Made by a program: the position numbers and the translations under genes. Shown piece by piece: positions 7,215 through 16,206 of a stretch of 21,360 nucleotides of DNA. The notes beneath the pieces were generated by a model that had not been told where the DNA came from, made no database searches, and saw nothing but the letters and a program-made list of their open reading frames with translations. This DNA is from a virus (taxonomy: Duplodnaviria; Heunggongvirae; Uroviricota; Caudoviricetes), in the IMG/VR virus record IMGVR_UViG_2778261246_000002; one strand, given 5' to 3'. Position 1 is the first letter of the stretch, and each line of letters starts with the position of its first letter.

Positions 7215-7243
7215 AAAAAAGCGGTCACGCGACCGCTTTTATT
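7215..7243. terminator. Bidirectional rho-independent terminator between converging genes
   Basis: AAAAAA-GCGGTC-acgc-GACCGC-TTTTATT: perfect 6-bp GC stem flanked by an A-tract and a T-tract. Sits between the plus-strand fusion ORF and the minus-strand HEPN gene. Confidence 0.7.
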
Positions 7244-7278
7244 ATTTGCAAGTTATTTTTTTGGCTGGAGATAAACTA

Positions 7279-7827
7279 TTACTGTTCACCAATTTGCTCT
7301 CTAAACTGTGTACTGAACGTATCTAGTTGAGAGACAAATGAATGTGCATTTAAAAATTTATTATAAATCTCTTCAGCTGTGCTTTCTAATACAAAAGTAG
7401 CATAATTATTATGTGCTAATTTATTTCTTAGCTCTCCGATTTCCATAAAATCAGAGATAGACTTGGTCAACTCTGTGCTTGATTTTACCTTCTCAATCAT
7501 AAACTCTTTAAATTTTGGGCCAAAAAAGGAAAAAAACTGGTTTGCATTCCTTTTTTTCCAATCAAAGAGTGTATGATACTGCCTGGTTAGGGCCTTATTA
7601 TCGATAAAATCGTGCGTAAGATTACATTGGCTTGGGTTAAGCATACAATGTATCTTAGTTACAACTAAAGTTTCAAAATAGCTAGCACATGCTAATAGCA
7701 TTACTTTTGAAAATTGTGATTTGTAATCATTAGCAAAACTAATCTCATTATGAGTTAGAAGAAAATCATAATAACACTTATAGTTATTAAACATACTTTC
7801 AATAGAAGTATATCCCATATCCTCCAT
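7279..7827 (-). CDS. HEPN-motif protein (predicted RNase effector, ~182 aa)
   Basis: ELRNKLAHNNY carries an R-x4-H motif as in HEPN domains. I prefer ATG at 7827 (MEDMGY.., GGAGG ~12 nt upstream, 4 nt after the DUF262 stop) over the ORF-track GTG at 7860. AT-rich codon usage. Confidence 0.6.
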   Translation of the reverse strand: MEDMGYTSIESMFNNYKCYYDFLLTHNEISFANDYKSQFSKVMLLACASYFETLVVTKIHCMLNPSQCNLTHDFIDNKALTRQYHTLFDWKKRNANQFFSFFGPKFKEFMIEKVKSSTELTKSISDFMEIGELRNKLAHNNYATFVLESTAEEIYNKFLNAHSFVSQLDTFSTQFREQIGEQ

Positions 7828-7831
7828 TATT

Positions 7832-8995
7832 TTACATTCCCTCCAAAATTGTTCTTGCACGTTCTAGACGTCCAATTACATGCTCTCTTCTTGTTGTTTT
7901 ATCAGTACTAAATGTCAGAAATTCAGGATCATTTTTAAGCTTATCGATGTAATTCACCGTCACTTGTCTTATTTTTAGATCTTTATCTTTAAATGAGTCA
8001 TAAGTTGCAGCATAAAAAATTGACTCAAATAAAGTTATACTCATACGATTCCCACCAGTTCTGAAATTGATTTCATCAATTCCATCAACACTATCCATAA
8101 ATTCATTCCATATATTACTAAATAAAGTTATGTCTTTAGTGTCGTAGTTTTTTGCATAATTTGAGAAATTGTTCAAAAAACCGCTAACTGAGCTTTTGTA
8201 TTGAGATGTAAAAAGGGACATAGCAAATGTGCGCAATATCGCTTCAATATCACTCAATCGCATGTCAACAACATTTTTTGAAAGAATTTTTCTCCATGTC
8301 TTGTTTTCATTCAATGAAACAAGATTTGAAAGAAAGTCTGAGTGATATAAACTCATACGAATTTCTTGAGGAGAAAGGTTCATTCCCCCACTATTTAGGC
8401 GGTTAAATATTTCAAACATTGCACCATCTTCCGAATCTTGTGCAACCGGTTTGATTACCATATTTCGTATGGTTGCCAGATTTAAAGTGGTTTGAAATTC
8501 GTTTAATGTTTCATAGTTTTTCCCATTAAACTTGTTTTTTTGGGTGTCTGATAGACCATCAAGTTTTAGGTTGAACTTTGTGAAGTATTCATCATTGTGA
8601 AGAATGTTTTCTGGAATGTTTCCATTATCTTCAAAGATTTTTCTCAGTTCAGAACGTTTCTCTTTTCTAGGGAATACACCATTTACAAAGTAATAAAGGG
8701 TCATTAATCTCTGCTGACCATCTATCACTAAAAATTCATTTTTATCTTGTTCATATAAAAATATTTGAGGTATAGGAAGGCCTATTAAAAGAGATTCAAT
8801 GAGTTTTGATGCTCGTTTGATATCCCAAACATAATGCCTTTGAAAGTTAGGGATTTTAAAAACTTTTGATTTAATAAAACTTATAATTGTGATTATATTA
8901 AAATCATTGGGCGTAGTAGTAAGTTGAAACTCATCAATTGGATAGGATTCTGGCTCATCCTCGTATTGCTTTTCTTCATAATCTTCTGGTTGCAT
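7832..8995 (-). CDS. DUF262 (ParB/GmrS-like) domain protein (~387 aa)
   Basis: Hallmark motifs FQRHYVW and VIDGQQRLMTL, plus the downstream FEIFNRLNSGGMNLSPQEI element. No His-Me/DUF1524 nuclease motif seen in the C-terminal half. I prefer ATG at 8995 (AAGGA 7 nt upstream) over GTG at 9043. Confidence 0.8.
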   Translation of the reverse strand: MQPEDYEEKQYEDEPESYPIDEFQLTTTPNDFNIITIISFIKSKVFKIPNFQRHYVWDIKRASKLIESLLIGLPIPQIFLYEQDKNEFLVIDGQQRLMTLYYFVNGVFPRKEKRSELRKIFEDNGNIPENILHNDEYFTKFNLKLDGLSDTQKNKFNGKNYETLNEFQTTLNLATIRNMVIKPVAQDSEDGAMFEIFNRLNSGGMNLSPQEIRMSLYHSDFLSNLVSLNENKTWRKILSKNVVDMRLSDIEAILRTFAMSLFTSQYKSSVSGFLNNFSNYAKNYDTKDITLFSNIWNEFMDSVDGIDEINFRTGGNRMSITLFESIFYAATYDSFKDKDLKIRQVTVNYIDKLKNDPEFLTFSTDKTTRREHVIGRLERARTILEGM

Positions 8996-9089
8996 CGTGT
9001 CATCCTTTTTCTTCGTGAATATGGTTTTTAGACAAGTCCTCACTACACATATCTGTATTGCAGAAAGTATTGCAGTGATAGGAGTTGCG

Positions 9090-9125
9090 TAGATATATAA
9101 ACCACAAAGCTAAGTGAAATCAAAT
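9090..9125 (-). promoter_or_regulatory. Putative sigma70 promoter for the DUF262-HEPN operon
   Basis: On the minus strand TTGATT (plus-strand 9118-9123), 17 nt, TTATAT (9095-9100). Two direct repeats GTATTGCAG (9055-9063, 9067-9075) lie between it and the start codon. Confidence 0.35.
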
Positions 9126-9151
9126 AGTTCTTTCGGGATTGACTCATGTAG

Positions 9152-9940
9152 CCGAAGCATGAGGTGAATCCGCAGATGACCCTGCGTCGCCTGCCGGATG
9201 AAGATCCGCAGAATCTGGCGGACCCGGCTTACCGCCGCCGTCGCATCATCATGCAGAACATGCGAGACGAAGAGCTGGCCATTGCTCAGGTCGAAGAGAT
9301 GCAGGCAGTTTCTGCTGTGCTTAAGGGCAAATACACCATGACCGGTGAAGCCTTCGATCCGGTTGAGGTGGATATGGGCCGCAGTGCGGCGAACAACATC
9401 ACGCAGTCCGGTGGTACGGAGTGGAGCAAGCGTGACAAGTCCACGTATGACCCGACCGACGATATCGAAGCCTATGCGCTGAACGCCAGCGGAGTGGTGA
9501 ATATCATCGTGTTTGATCCGAAAGGCTGGGCGCTGTTCCGTTCCTTCAAAGCCGTCAAGGAGAAGCTGGATACCCGTCGCGGCTCTAATTCCGAGCTGGA
9601 GACAGCGGTAAAAGACCTGGGCGAAGCGGTGTCCTATAAGGGAATGTATGGCGATACGGCGATCGTCGTGTATTCCGGACAGTACGTAGAAAACGACGTC
9701 AAAAAGAACTTCCTGCCGGACAACACGATGGTGCTGGGGAACACTCAGGCACGCGGTCTGCGCACCTATGGCTGCATTCAGGATGCGGACGCACAGCGCG
9801 AAGGTATTAACGCCTCTGCCCGCTACCCGAAAAACTGGGTGACCACCGGCGATCCGGCGCGTGAGTTCACCATGATTCAGTCAGCACCGCTGATGCTGCT
9901 GGCTGACCCTGATGCGTTCGTGTCCGTACAACTGGCGTAA
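9152..9940 (+). pseudogene. E: Lambda major capsid protein E, 3' fragment (codons ~80-341), lacking start and N-terminus
   Basis: In-frame translation from 9152 gives PKHEVNPQMTLRRLPDEDPQNLADPAYRRRRIIMQNMRDEEL..SAPLMLLADPDAFVSVQLA, matching lambda gpE from residue ~80. An in-frame TAG sits at 9149-9151 and upstream DNA is unrelated AT-rich sequence. Confidence 0.85.
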
Positions 9941-9981
9941 TCATGGCCCTTCGGGGCCATTTTCTCTCTGTGGAGGAGTCC

Positions 9982-10377
9982 ATGACGAAAGATGAACTGA
10001 TTGCCCGTCTTCAGGTGCTGGGTGAGCAACTGAACCGTGATGTCAGCCTGATGGGGACGAAAGAAGAACTGGTGCTCCGTGTGGCAGAGCTGGAAGAGGA
10101 GCTTGATGACACGGATGACGCTGCCGGTCAGGACACATCTGTCAGCCCGGAAAATGCGCTGACCGGACATGAAAATGAGGTTGTATCAGCGCAGCCGGAT
10201 ACCGTGACTGATACGGCTGATCTGGTCACGGTTGTGGCACTGGTGACGCTGCATACTGATGCACTTCACGCCACGCGGGATGAGGCTGTGGCATTTGTGC
10301 TGCCGGGAACGGCGTTCCGTGTCTCTGCCGGTGTGTCAGCTGAAATGACAGAGCGCGGCCTGGCCAGAATGCAATAA
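9982..10377 (+). CDS. FI: Lambda gpFI-like DNA-packaging/head-completion protein
   Basis: MTKDELIARLQVLGEQLNRDVSL..MTERGLARMQ matches lambda FI; GAGGAG RBS. Chosen over the upstream ORF-track start at 9943. Confidence 0.85.
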   Translation: MTKDELIARLQVLGEQLNRDVSLMGTKEELVLRVAELEEELDDTDDAAGQDTSVSPENALTGHENEVVSAQPDTVTDTADLVTVVALVTLHTDALHATRDEAVAFVLPGTAFRVSAGVSAEMTERGLARMQ

Positions 10378-10388
10378 CGGGAGGCGCT

Positions 10389-10742
10389 GTGGCTGATTTC
10401 GATAACCTGTTCGATGCTGCCATTGCCCGCGCCGATGAAACGATACGCGGGTACATGGGAACGTCAGCCACCATGACATCCGGTGAGCAGTCCGGTGCTG
10501 TGATACGTGGTGTTTTTGATGACCCTGAAAATATCAGCTATGCCGGACAGGGCGTGCGCGTTGAAGGCTCCAGCCCGTCCCTGTTTGTCCGGACTGATGA
10601 TGTGCGGCAGCTGCGGCGCGGCGACACGCTGACCATCGGTGAGGAAAACTTCTGGATAGACCGGATTTCGCCGGATGATGGCGGAAGCTGTCATCTCTGG
10701 CTTGGGCGGGGCGTACCGCCTGCCGTTAACCGTCGCCGCTGA
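10389..10742 (+). CDS. FII: Lambda gpFII-like head-tail joining protein
   Basis: MADFDNLFDAAIARADETIRGYMG..HLWLGRGVPPAVNRRR matches lambda FII; GTG start. Confidence 0.85.
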   Translation: MADFDNLFDAAIARADETIRGYMGTSATMTSGEQSGAVIRGVFDDPENISYAGQGVRVEGSSPSLFVRTDDVRQLRRGDTLTIGEENFWIDRISPDDGGSCHLWLGRGVPPAVNRRR

Positions 10743-10753
10743 AAGGGGGATGT

Positions 10754-11332
10754 ATGGCCATAAAAGGTCTTGAGCAGGCCGTTGAAAACCTCAGCCGTAT
10801 CAGCAGAACGGCGGTGCCCGGTGCCGCCGCAATGGCCATTAACCGCGTTGCTTCATCCGCGATATCGCAGTCGGCGTCACAGGTTGCCCGTGAGACAAAG
10901 GTACGCCGGAAACTGGTAAAGGAAAGGGCCAGGCTGAAAAGGGCCACGGTCAAAAATCCGCAGGCCAGAATCAAAGTTAACCGGGGGGATTTGCCCGTAA
11001 TAAAGCTGGGTAACGCGCGGATTGTCCTGTCCCGACGCAGGCGTCGTAAAAAGGGGCAGCGTTCAGTCCTGAAAGGTGGCGGCAGCGTGCTTGTGGTGGG
11101 AAACCGTCGTATTCCCGGCGCGTTTATTCAGCAACTGAAAAATGGCCGGTGGCATGTCATGCAGCGTGTGGCCGGGAAAAACCGTTACCCCATTGATGTG
11201 GTGAAAATCCCGATGGCGGTGCCGCTGACCACGGCGTTTAAACAAAATATTGAGCGGATACGGCGTGAACGTCTTCCGAAAGAGCTGGGCTATGCGCTGC
11301 AGCATCAACTGAGGATGGTAATAAAGCGATGA
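10754..11332 (+). CDS. Z: Lambda gpZ-like tail completion protein
   Basis: 192-aa product matching lambda Z; same length and position as in lambda. Confidence 0.9.
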   Translation: MAIKGLEQAVENLSRISRTAVPGAAAMAINRVASSAISQSASQVARETKVRRKLVKERARLKRATVKNPQARIKVNRGDLPVIKLGNARIVLSRRRRRKKGQRSVLKGGGSVLVVGNRRIPGAFIQQLKNGRWHVMQRVAGKNRYPIDVVKIPMAVPLTTAFKQNIERIRRERLPKELGYALQHQLRMVIKR

Positions 11333-11724
11333 AACATACTGAACTCCGTGCAGCCGTACTGGATGCACTGGAGAAGCATGACACCGGGGCGACGTTTTTT
11401 GATGGTCGCCCCGCTGTTTTTGATGAGGCGGATTTTCCGGCAGTTGCCGTTTATCTCACCGGCGCTGAATACACGGGCGAAGAGCTGGACAGCGATACCT
11501 GGCAGGCGGAGCTGCATATCGAAGTTTTCCTGCCTGCTCAGGTGCCGGATTCAGAGCTGGATGCGTGGATGGAGTCCCGGATTTATCCGGTGATGAGCGA
11601 TATCCCGGCACTGTCAGATTTGATCACCAGTATGGTGGCCAGCGGCTATGACTACCGGCGCGACGATGATGCGGGCCTGTGGAGTTCAGCCGATCTGACT
11701 TATGTCATTACCTATGAAATGTGA
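11329..11724 (+). CDS. U: Lambda gpU-like tail terminator protein
   Basis: 131-aa product matching lambda U; ATGA overlap with Z. Confidence 0.9.
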   Translation: MKHTELRAAVLDALEKHDTGATFFDGRPAVFDEADFPAVAVYLTGAEYTGEELDSDTWQAELHIEVFLPAQVPDSELDAWMESRIYPVMSDIPALSDLITSMVASGYDYRRDDDAGLWSSADLTYVITYEM

Positions 11725-11731
11725 GGACGCT

Positions 11732-12472
11732 ATGCCTGTACCAAATCCTACAATGCCGGTGAAAGGTGCCGGGACCACCCTGTGGGTTTATAAGGGGAGC
11801 GGTGACCCTTATGCGAATCCGCTTTCAGACGTTGACTGGTCGCGTCTGGCAAAAGTTAAAGACCTGACGCCCGGCGAACTGACCGCTGAGTCCTATGACG
11901 ACAGCTATCTCGATGATGAAGATGCAGACTGGACTGCGACCGGGCAGGGGCAGAAATCCGCCGGAGATACCAGCTTCACGCTGGCGTGGATGCCCGGAGA
12001 GCAGGGGCAGCAGGCGCTGCTGGCGTGGTTTAATGAAGGTGATACCCGTGCCTATAAAATCCGCTTCCCGAACGGCACGGTCGATGTGTTCCGTGGCTGG
12101 GTCAGCAGTATCGGTAAAGCGGTGACGGCGAAGGAAGTGATCACCCGCACGGTGAAAGTCACCAACGTGGGACGTCCGTCAATGGCAGAAGATCGCAGCA
12201 CGGTAACAGCGGCAACCGGCATGACCGTGACGCCTGCCAGCACTTCGGTGGTGAAAGGGCAGAGCACCACGCTGACCGTGGCATTCCAGCCGGAAGGCGC
12301 AACCGACAAGAGCTTCCGTGCGGTGTCTGCGGATAAAACAAAAGCCACCGTGTCGGTCAGTGGTATGACCATCACCGTGAAAGGTGTTGCTGCAGGCAAG
12401 GTCAACATTCCGGTCGTATCTGGTAATGGTGAGTTTGCTGCGGTTGCAGAAATCAACGTCACCGCCAGTTAA
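11732..12472 (+). CDS. V: Lambda gpV-like major tail tube protein
   Basis: [33 protein letters not shown].. matches the lambda V N-terminus; GAGGA RBS. The ORF-track start at 11702 overlaps U and is less likely. Confidence 0.9.
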   Translation: MPVPNPTMPVKGAGTTLWVYKGSGDPYANPLSDVDWSRLAKVKDLTPGELTAESYDDSYLDDEDADWTATGQGQKSAGDTSFTLAWMPGEQGQQALLAWFNEGDTRAYKIRFPNGTVDVFRGWVSSIGKAVTAKEVITRTVKVTNVGRPSMAEDRSTVTAATGMTVTPASTSVVKGQSTTLTVAFQPEGATDKSFRAVSADKTKATVSVSGMTITVKGVAAGKVNIPVVSGNGEFAAVAEINVTAS

Positions 12473-12487
12473 TCCGGAGAGTCAGCG

Positions 12488-12910
12488 ATGTTCCTGAAAA
12501 CCGAATCATTTGAACATAACGGTGTGACCGTCACGCTTTCTGAACTGTCAGCCCTGCAGCGTATTGAGCATCTCGACCTGATGAAACGGCAGGCAGAACA
12601 GGCGGAGTCAGACAGCAACCGGAAGTTTACTGTGGAAGACGCCATCAGAACCGGCGCGTTTCTGGTGGCGATGTCCCTGTGGCATAACCATCCGAAGAAG
12701 ACAAAGCTGCCTTCCATGAATGAAGCCGTTAAACAGATTGAGCAGGAAGTGCTTACCACCTGGCCCACAGAGGCAATTTCTCATGCTGAAAACGTGGTGT
12801 ACCGGCTGTCCGGTATGTATGAGTTTGTGGTGAATGATGCTCCTGAACAGGCAGAGGACGCCGGGTCTGCAGAGCCTGTTTCTGCGGGAAAGTGTTCGAC
12901 GGTGAGCTGA
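12488..12910 (+). CDS. G: Lambda gpG-like tail assembly chaperone
   Basis: 140-aa product MFLKTESFEHNGVTVTLSELSALQRIEHL.. matching lambda G. Confidence 0.9.
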   Translation: MFLKTESFEHNGVTVTLSELSALQRIEHLDLMKRQAEQAESDSNRKFTVEDAIRTGAFLVAMSLWHNHPKKTKLPSMNEAVKQIEQEVLTTWPTEAISHAENVVYRLSGMYEFVVNDAPEQAEDAGSAEPVSAGKCSTVS

Positions 12911-13326
12911 GTTTTGCCCTGAAACTGGCGCGTGAGATGGGGCGACCCGACTGGCGCGCCATGCTTGCCGGGATGTCATCCACGGAGTATGCCGACTGGC
13001 ACCGCTTTTACAGTACCCATTATTTTCATGATGTTCTGCTGGATATGCACTTTTCCGGGCTGACGTACACCGTGCTCAGCCTGTTTTTCAGCGATCCGGA
13101 GATGCATCCGCTGGATTTCAGTCTGCTGAACCGGCGCGAGGCTGACGAAGAGCCTGAAGATGATGTGCTGATGCAGAAAGCGGCAGGGCTTGCCGGAGGC
13201 GTTCGTTTTGGCCCGGACGGGAATGAAGTTATCCCCGCTTCCCCGGATGTGGCGGACATGACGGAGGATGACGTAATGCTGATGACAGTATCAGAAGGGA
13301 TCGCAGGAGGAGTCCGGTATGGCTGA
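12488..13326 (+). CDS. T: gpG-T tail assembly fusion protein made by programmed -1 ribosomal frameshift (G frame 12488-12892, T frame to 13326)
   Basis: Slippery heptamer GGGAAAG at 12886-12892, as in lambda G/T. The -1 frame ORF 12892-13326 encodes a T-like sequence with no independent strong start. Confidence 0.75.
12886..12892 (+). promoter_or_regulatory. Programmed -1 frameshift slippery site (G GGA AAG)
   Basis: Heptamer GGGAAAG near the 3' end of G, at the junction with the overlapping T frame. Confidence 0.7.
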
Positions 13327-15880
13327 ACCGGTAGGCGATCTGGTCGTTGATTTAAGTCTGGATGCGGCCAGATTTGACGAGCAGATGGCCAGAGTCAGGC
13401 GTCATTTTTCCGGTACGGAAACTGATGCGAAAAAAACAGCGGCAGTCGTTGAACAGTCGATGAGCCGGCAGGCGCTGGCTGCACAGAAAGCGGGGATTTC
13501 CGTCGGGCAGTATAAAGCCGCCATGCGTATGCTGCCTGCACAGTTCACTGACGTGGCCACGCAGCTTGCAGGCGGGCAAAGTCCGTGGCTGATCCTGCTG
13601 CAACAGGGTGGTCAGGTGAAGGACTCCTTCGGCGGGATGATCCCCATGTTCAGGGGGCTTGCCGGTGCGATCACCCTGCCGATGGTCGGGGCCACCTCGC
13701 TGGCGGTGGCGACCGGTGCGCTGGCGTATGCCTGGTATCAGGGCAACTCAACCCTGTCCGATTTCAACAAAACGCTGGTCCTTTCCGGCAATCAGTCGGG
13801 TCTGACGGCAGATCGTATGCTGGTCCTGTCCAGAGCCGGGCAGGCGGCAGGGCTGACGTTTAACCAGACCAGCGAGTCACTCAGCGCACTGGTTAAGGCG
13901 GGAGTAAGCGGTGAGGCTCAGATTGCATCCATCAGCCAGAGTGTGGCGCGTTTCTCCTCTGCATCCGGCGTGGAGGTGGACAAGGTCGCTGAAGCCTTCG
14001 GGAAGCTGACCACAGACCCGACGTCAGGGCTGACAGCGATGGCACGCCAGTTCCATAACGTGACGGCGGAGCAGATTGCGTATGTTGCTCAGTTGCAGCA
14101 TTCCGGCGATGAAGCCGGGGCATTGCAGGCTGCGAACGAGGCCGCGACGAAAGGGTTTGATGACCAGACCCGCCGCCTGAAAGAGAACATGGGTACGCTG
14201 GAGACCTGGGCAGACAGGACAGCGCGGGCATTCAAATCCATGTGGGATGCGGTGCTGGATACTGGTCGTCCTGATACCGCGCAGGAGATGCTGATTAAGG
14301 CAGAGGCTGCGTTTAAGAAAGCGGACGACATCTGGAGTCTGCGCAAGGATGATTATTTCGTTAACGATGAAGCGCAGGCGCGTTACTGGGATGATCGTGA
14401 AAAGGCCCGTCTTGCGCTTGAAGCCGCGAGAAAGAAGGCTGAACAGCAGAGTCAACAGGACAAAAATGCGCAGCAGCAGAGCGATACTGAAGCGTCACGG
14501 CTGAAATATACCGAAGAGGCGCAGAAAGCTTACGAACGGCTGCAGACGCCGCTGGAGAAATATACCGCCCGTCAGGAAGAACTGAACAAGGCACTGAAGG
14601 ACGGGAAAATTCTGCAGGCAGATTACAACACGCTGATGGCGGCGGCGAAAAAGGACTATGAAGCGACGCTGAAAAAGCCGAAACAGTCCGGCGTGAAGGT
14701 GTCTGCGGGCGATCGTCAGGAAGACAGTGCTCATGCTGCCCTGCTGACGCTTCAGGCTGAACTCCGGACGCTGGAGAAGCATGCCGGAGCAAATGAGAAA
14801 ATCAGCCAGCAGCGCCGGGATTTGTGGAAGGCTGAAAGTCAGTTCGCGGTACTGGAGGAGGCGGCACAACGTCGCCAGCTGTCTGCACAGGAGAAATCCC
14901 TGCTGGCGCATAAAGATGAGACGCTGGAGTACAAACGCCAGCTGGCTGCACTTGGCGACAAGGTTACGTATCAGGAGCGCCTGAACGCGCTGGCGCAGCA
15001 GGCGGATAAATTCGCACAGCAGCAACGGGCAAAACGGGCCGCCATTGATGCGAAAAACCGGGGGCTGACTGACCGGCAGGCAGCGCGGGAAGCCACAGAA
15101 CAGCGCCTGAAGGAACAGTATGGCGATAATTCTCTGGCGCTGAATAACGTCATGTCAGAGCAGAAAAAGACCTGGGCGGCTGAAGACCAGCTTCGCGGGA
15201 GCTGGATGGCAGGCCTGAAGTCCGGCTGGAGTGAGTGGGAAGAGAGCGCCACGGACAGTATGTCGCAGGTTAAAAGTGCAGCCACGCAGACCTTTGATGG
15301 TATTGCGCAGAATATGGCGGCGATGCTGACCGGCAGTGAGCAGAACTGGCGCAGCTTCACCCGTTCCGTGCTGTCCATGATGACAGAAATTCTGCTTAAG
15401 CAGGCAATGGTGGGGATTGTCGGGAGTATCGGCAGCGCCATTGGCGGGGCTGTTGGTGGCGGCGCATCCGCGTCAGGCGGTACAGCCATTCAGGCCGCTG
15501 CGGCGAAATTCCATTTTGCAACCGGAGGATTTACGGGAACCGGCGGCAAATATGAGCCAGCGGGGATTGTTCACCGTGGTGAATTTGTCTTCACGAAGGA
15601 GGCAACCAGCCGGATTGGCGTGGGGAATCTCTACCGGCTGATGCGCGGCTATGCCACCGGTGGTTATGTCGGTACACCGGGCAGTCTGGCTGACAGCCGG
15701 TCGCAGGCGTCCGGGACGTTTGAGCAGAATAACCATGTGGTGATTAACAACGACGGCACGAACGGGCAGATAGGTCCGGCTGCTCTGAAGGCGGTGTATG
15801 ACATGGCCCGCAAGGGTGCCCGTGATGAAATTCAGACACAGATGCGTGATGGTGGCCTGTTCTCCGGAGGTGGACGATGA
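13319..15880 (+). CDS. H: Lambda gpH-like tail tape-measure protein (853 aa)
   Basis: MAEPVGDLVVDLSLDAARFDEQMARVRRHF.. through ..MRDGGLFSGGGR, same length as lambda H. Confidence 0.95.
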   Translation: MAEPVGDLVVDLSLDAARFDEQMARVRRHFSGTETDAKKTAAVVEQSMSRQALAAQKAGISVGQYKAAMRMLPAQFTDVATQLAGGQSPWLILLQQGGQVKDSFGGMIPMFRGLAGAITLPMVGATSLAVATGALAYAWYQGNSTLSDFNKTLVLSGNQSGLTADRMLVLSRAGQAAGLTFNQTSESLSALVKAGVSGEAQIASISQSVARFSSASGVEVDKVAEAFGKLTTDPTSGLTAMARQFHNVTAEQIAYVAQLQHSGDEAGALQAANEAATKGFDDQTRRLKENMGTLETWADRTARAFKSMWDAVLDTGRPDTAQEMLIKAEAAFKKADDIWSLRKDDYFVNDEAQARYWDDREKARLALEAARKKAEQQSQQDKNAQQQSDTEASRLKYTEEAQKAYERLQTPLEKYTARQEELNKALKDGKILQADYNTLMAAAKKDYEATLKKPKQSGVKVSAGDRQEDSAHAALLTLQAELRTLEKHAGANEKISQQRRDLWKAESQFAVLEEAAQRRQLSAQEKSLLAHKDETLEYKRQLAALGDKVTYQERLNALAQQADKFAQQQRAKRAAIDAKNRGLTDRQAAREATEQRLKEQYGDNSLALNNVMSEQKKTWAAEDQLRGSWMAGLKSGWSEWEESATDSMSQVKSAATQTFDGIAQNMAAMLTGSEQNWRSFTRSVLSMMTEILLKQAMVGIVGSIGSAIGGAVGGGASASGGTAIQAAAAKFHFATGGFTGTGGKYEPAGIVHRGEFVFTKEATSRIGVGNLYRLMRGYATGGYVGTPGSLADSRSQASGTFEQNNHVVINNDGTNGQIGPAALKAVYDMARKGARDEIQTQMRDGGLFSGGGR

Positions 15881-16206
15881 AAACCTTCCGCTGGAAAGTG
15901 AAACCCGGTATGGATGTGGCTTCGGCCCCTTCTGTAAGGAAGGTGCGCTTTGGTGATGGCTATTCCCAGCGAGCGCCTGCCGGGCTGAATGCCAACCTGA
16001 AAACGTACAGCGTGACGCTTTCTGTCCCCCGTGAGGAGGCCACGGTACTGGAGTCGTTTCTGGCAGAGCACGGAGGCTGGAAAGCCTTTCTGTGGACACC
16101 GCCTTATGACTGGCGGCAGATAAAGGTGACCTGCGCAAAATGGACGTCGCGGGTCAGTATGCTGCGTGTTGAGTTCAGCGCAGAGTTTGAACAGGTGGTG
16201 AACTGA
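15877..16206 (+). CDS. M: Lambda gpM-like tail tip assembly protein
   Basis: 109-aa product MKTFRWKVKPGMDVASAPSVRKVRFGDGYSQRAPAGLNANLKTYSV..; overlaps H by 4 nt. Confidence 0.9.
   Translation: MKTFRWKVKPGMDVASAPSVRKVRFGDGYSQRAPAGLNANLKTYSVTLSVPREEATVLESFLAEHGGWKAFLWTPPYDWRQIKVTCAKWTSRVSMLRVEFSAEFEQVVN

Noticed and set aside
7832-7860. HEPN gene start at GTG 7860 and DUF262 start at GTG 9043 (ORF-track starts)
   Set aside because: Internal ATG codons at 7827 and 8995 have better Shine-Dalgarno sequences and give non-overlapping genes; the GTG starts cannot be excluded.
9164-9940. ORF-track call of a 258-aa protein as an intact capsid gene
   Set aside because: It is the 3' portion of an E gene lacking ~79 N-terminal codons, with an in-frame stop just upstream; treated as a truncated remnant.
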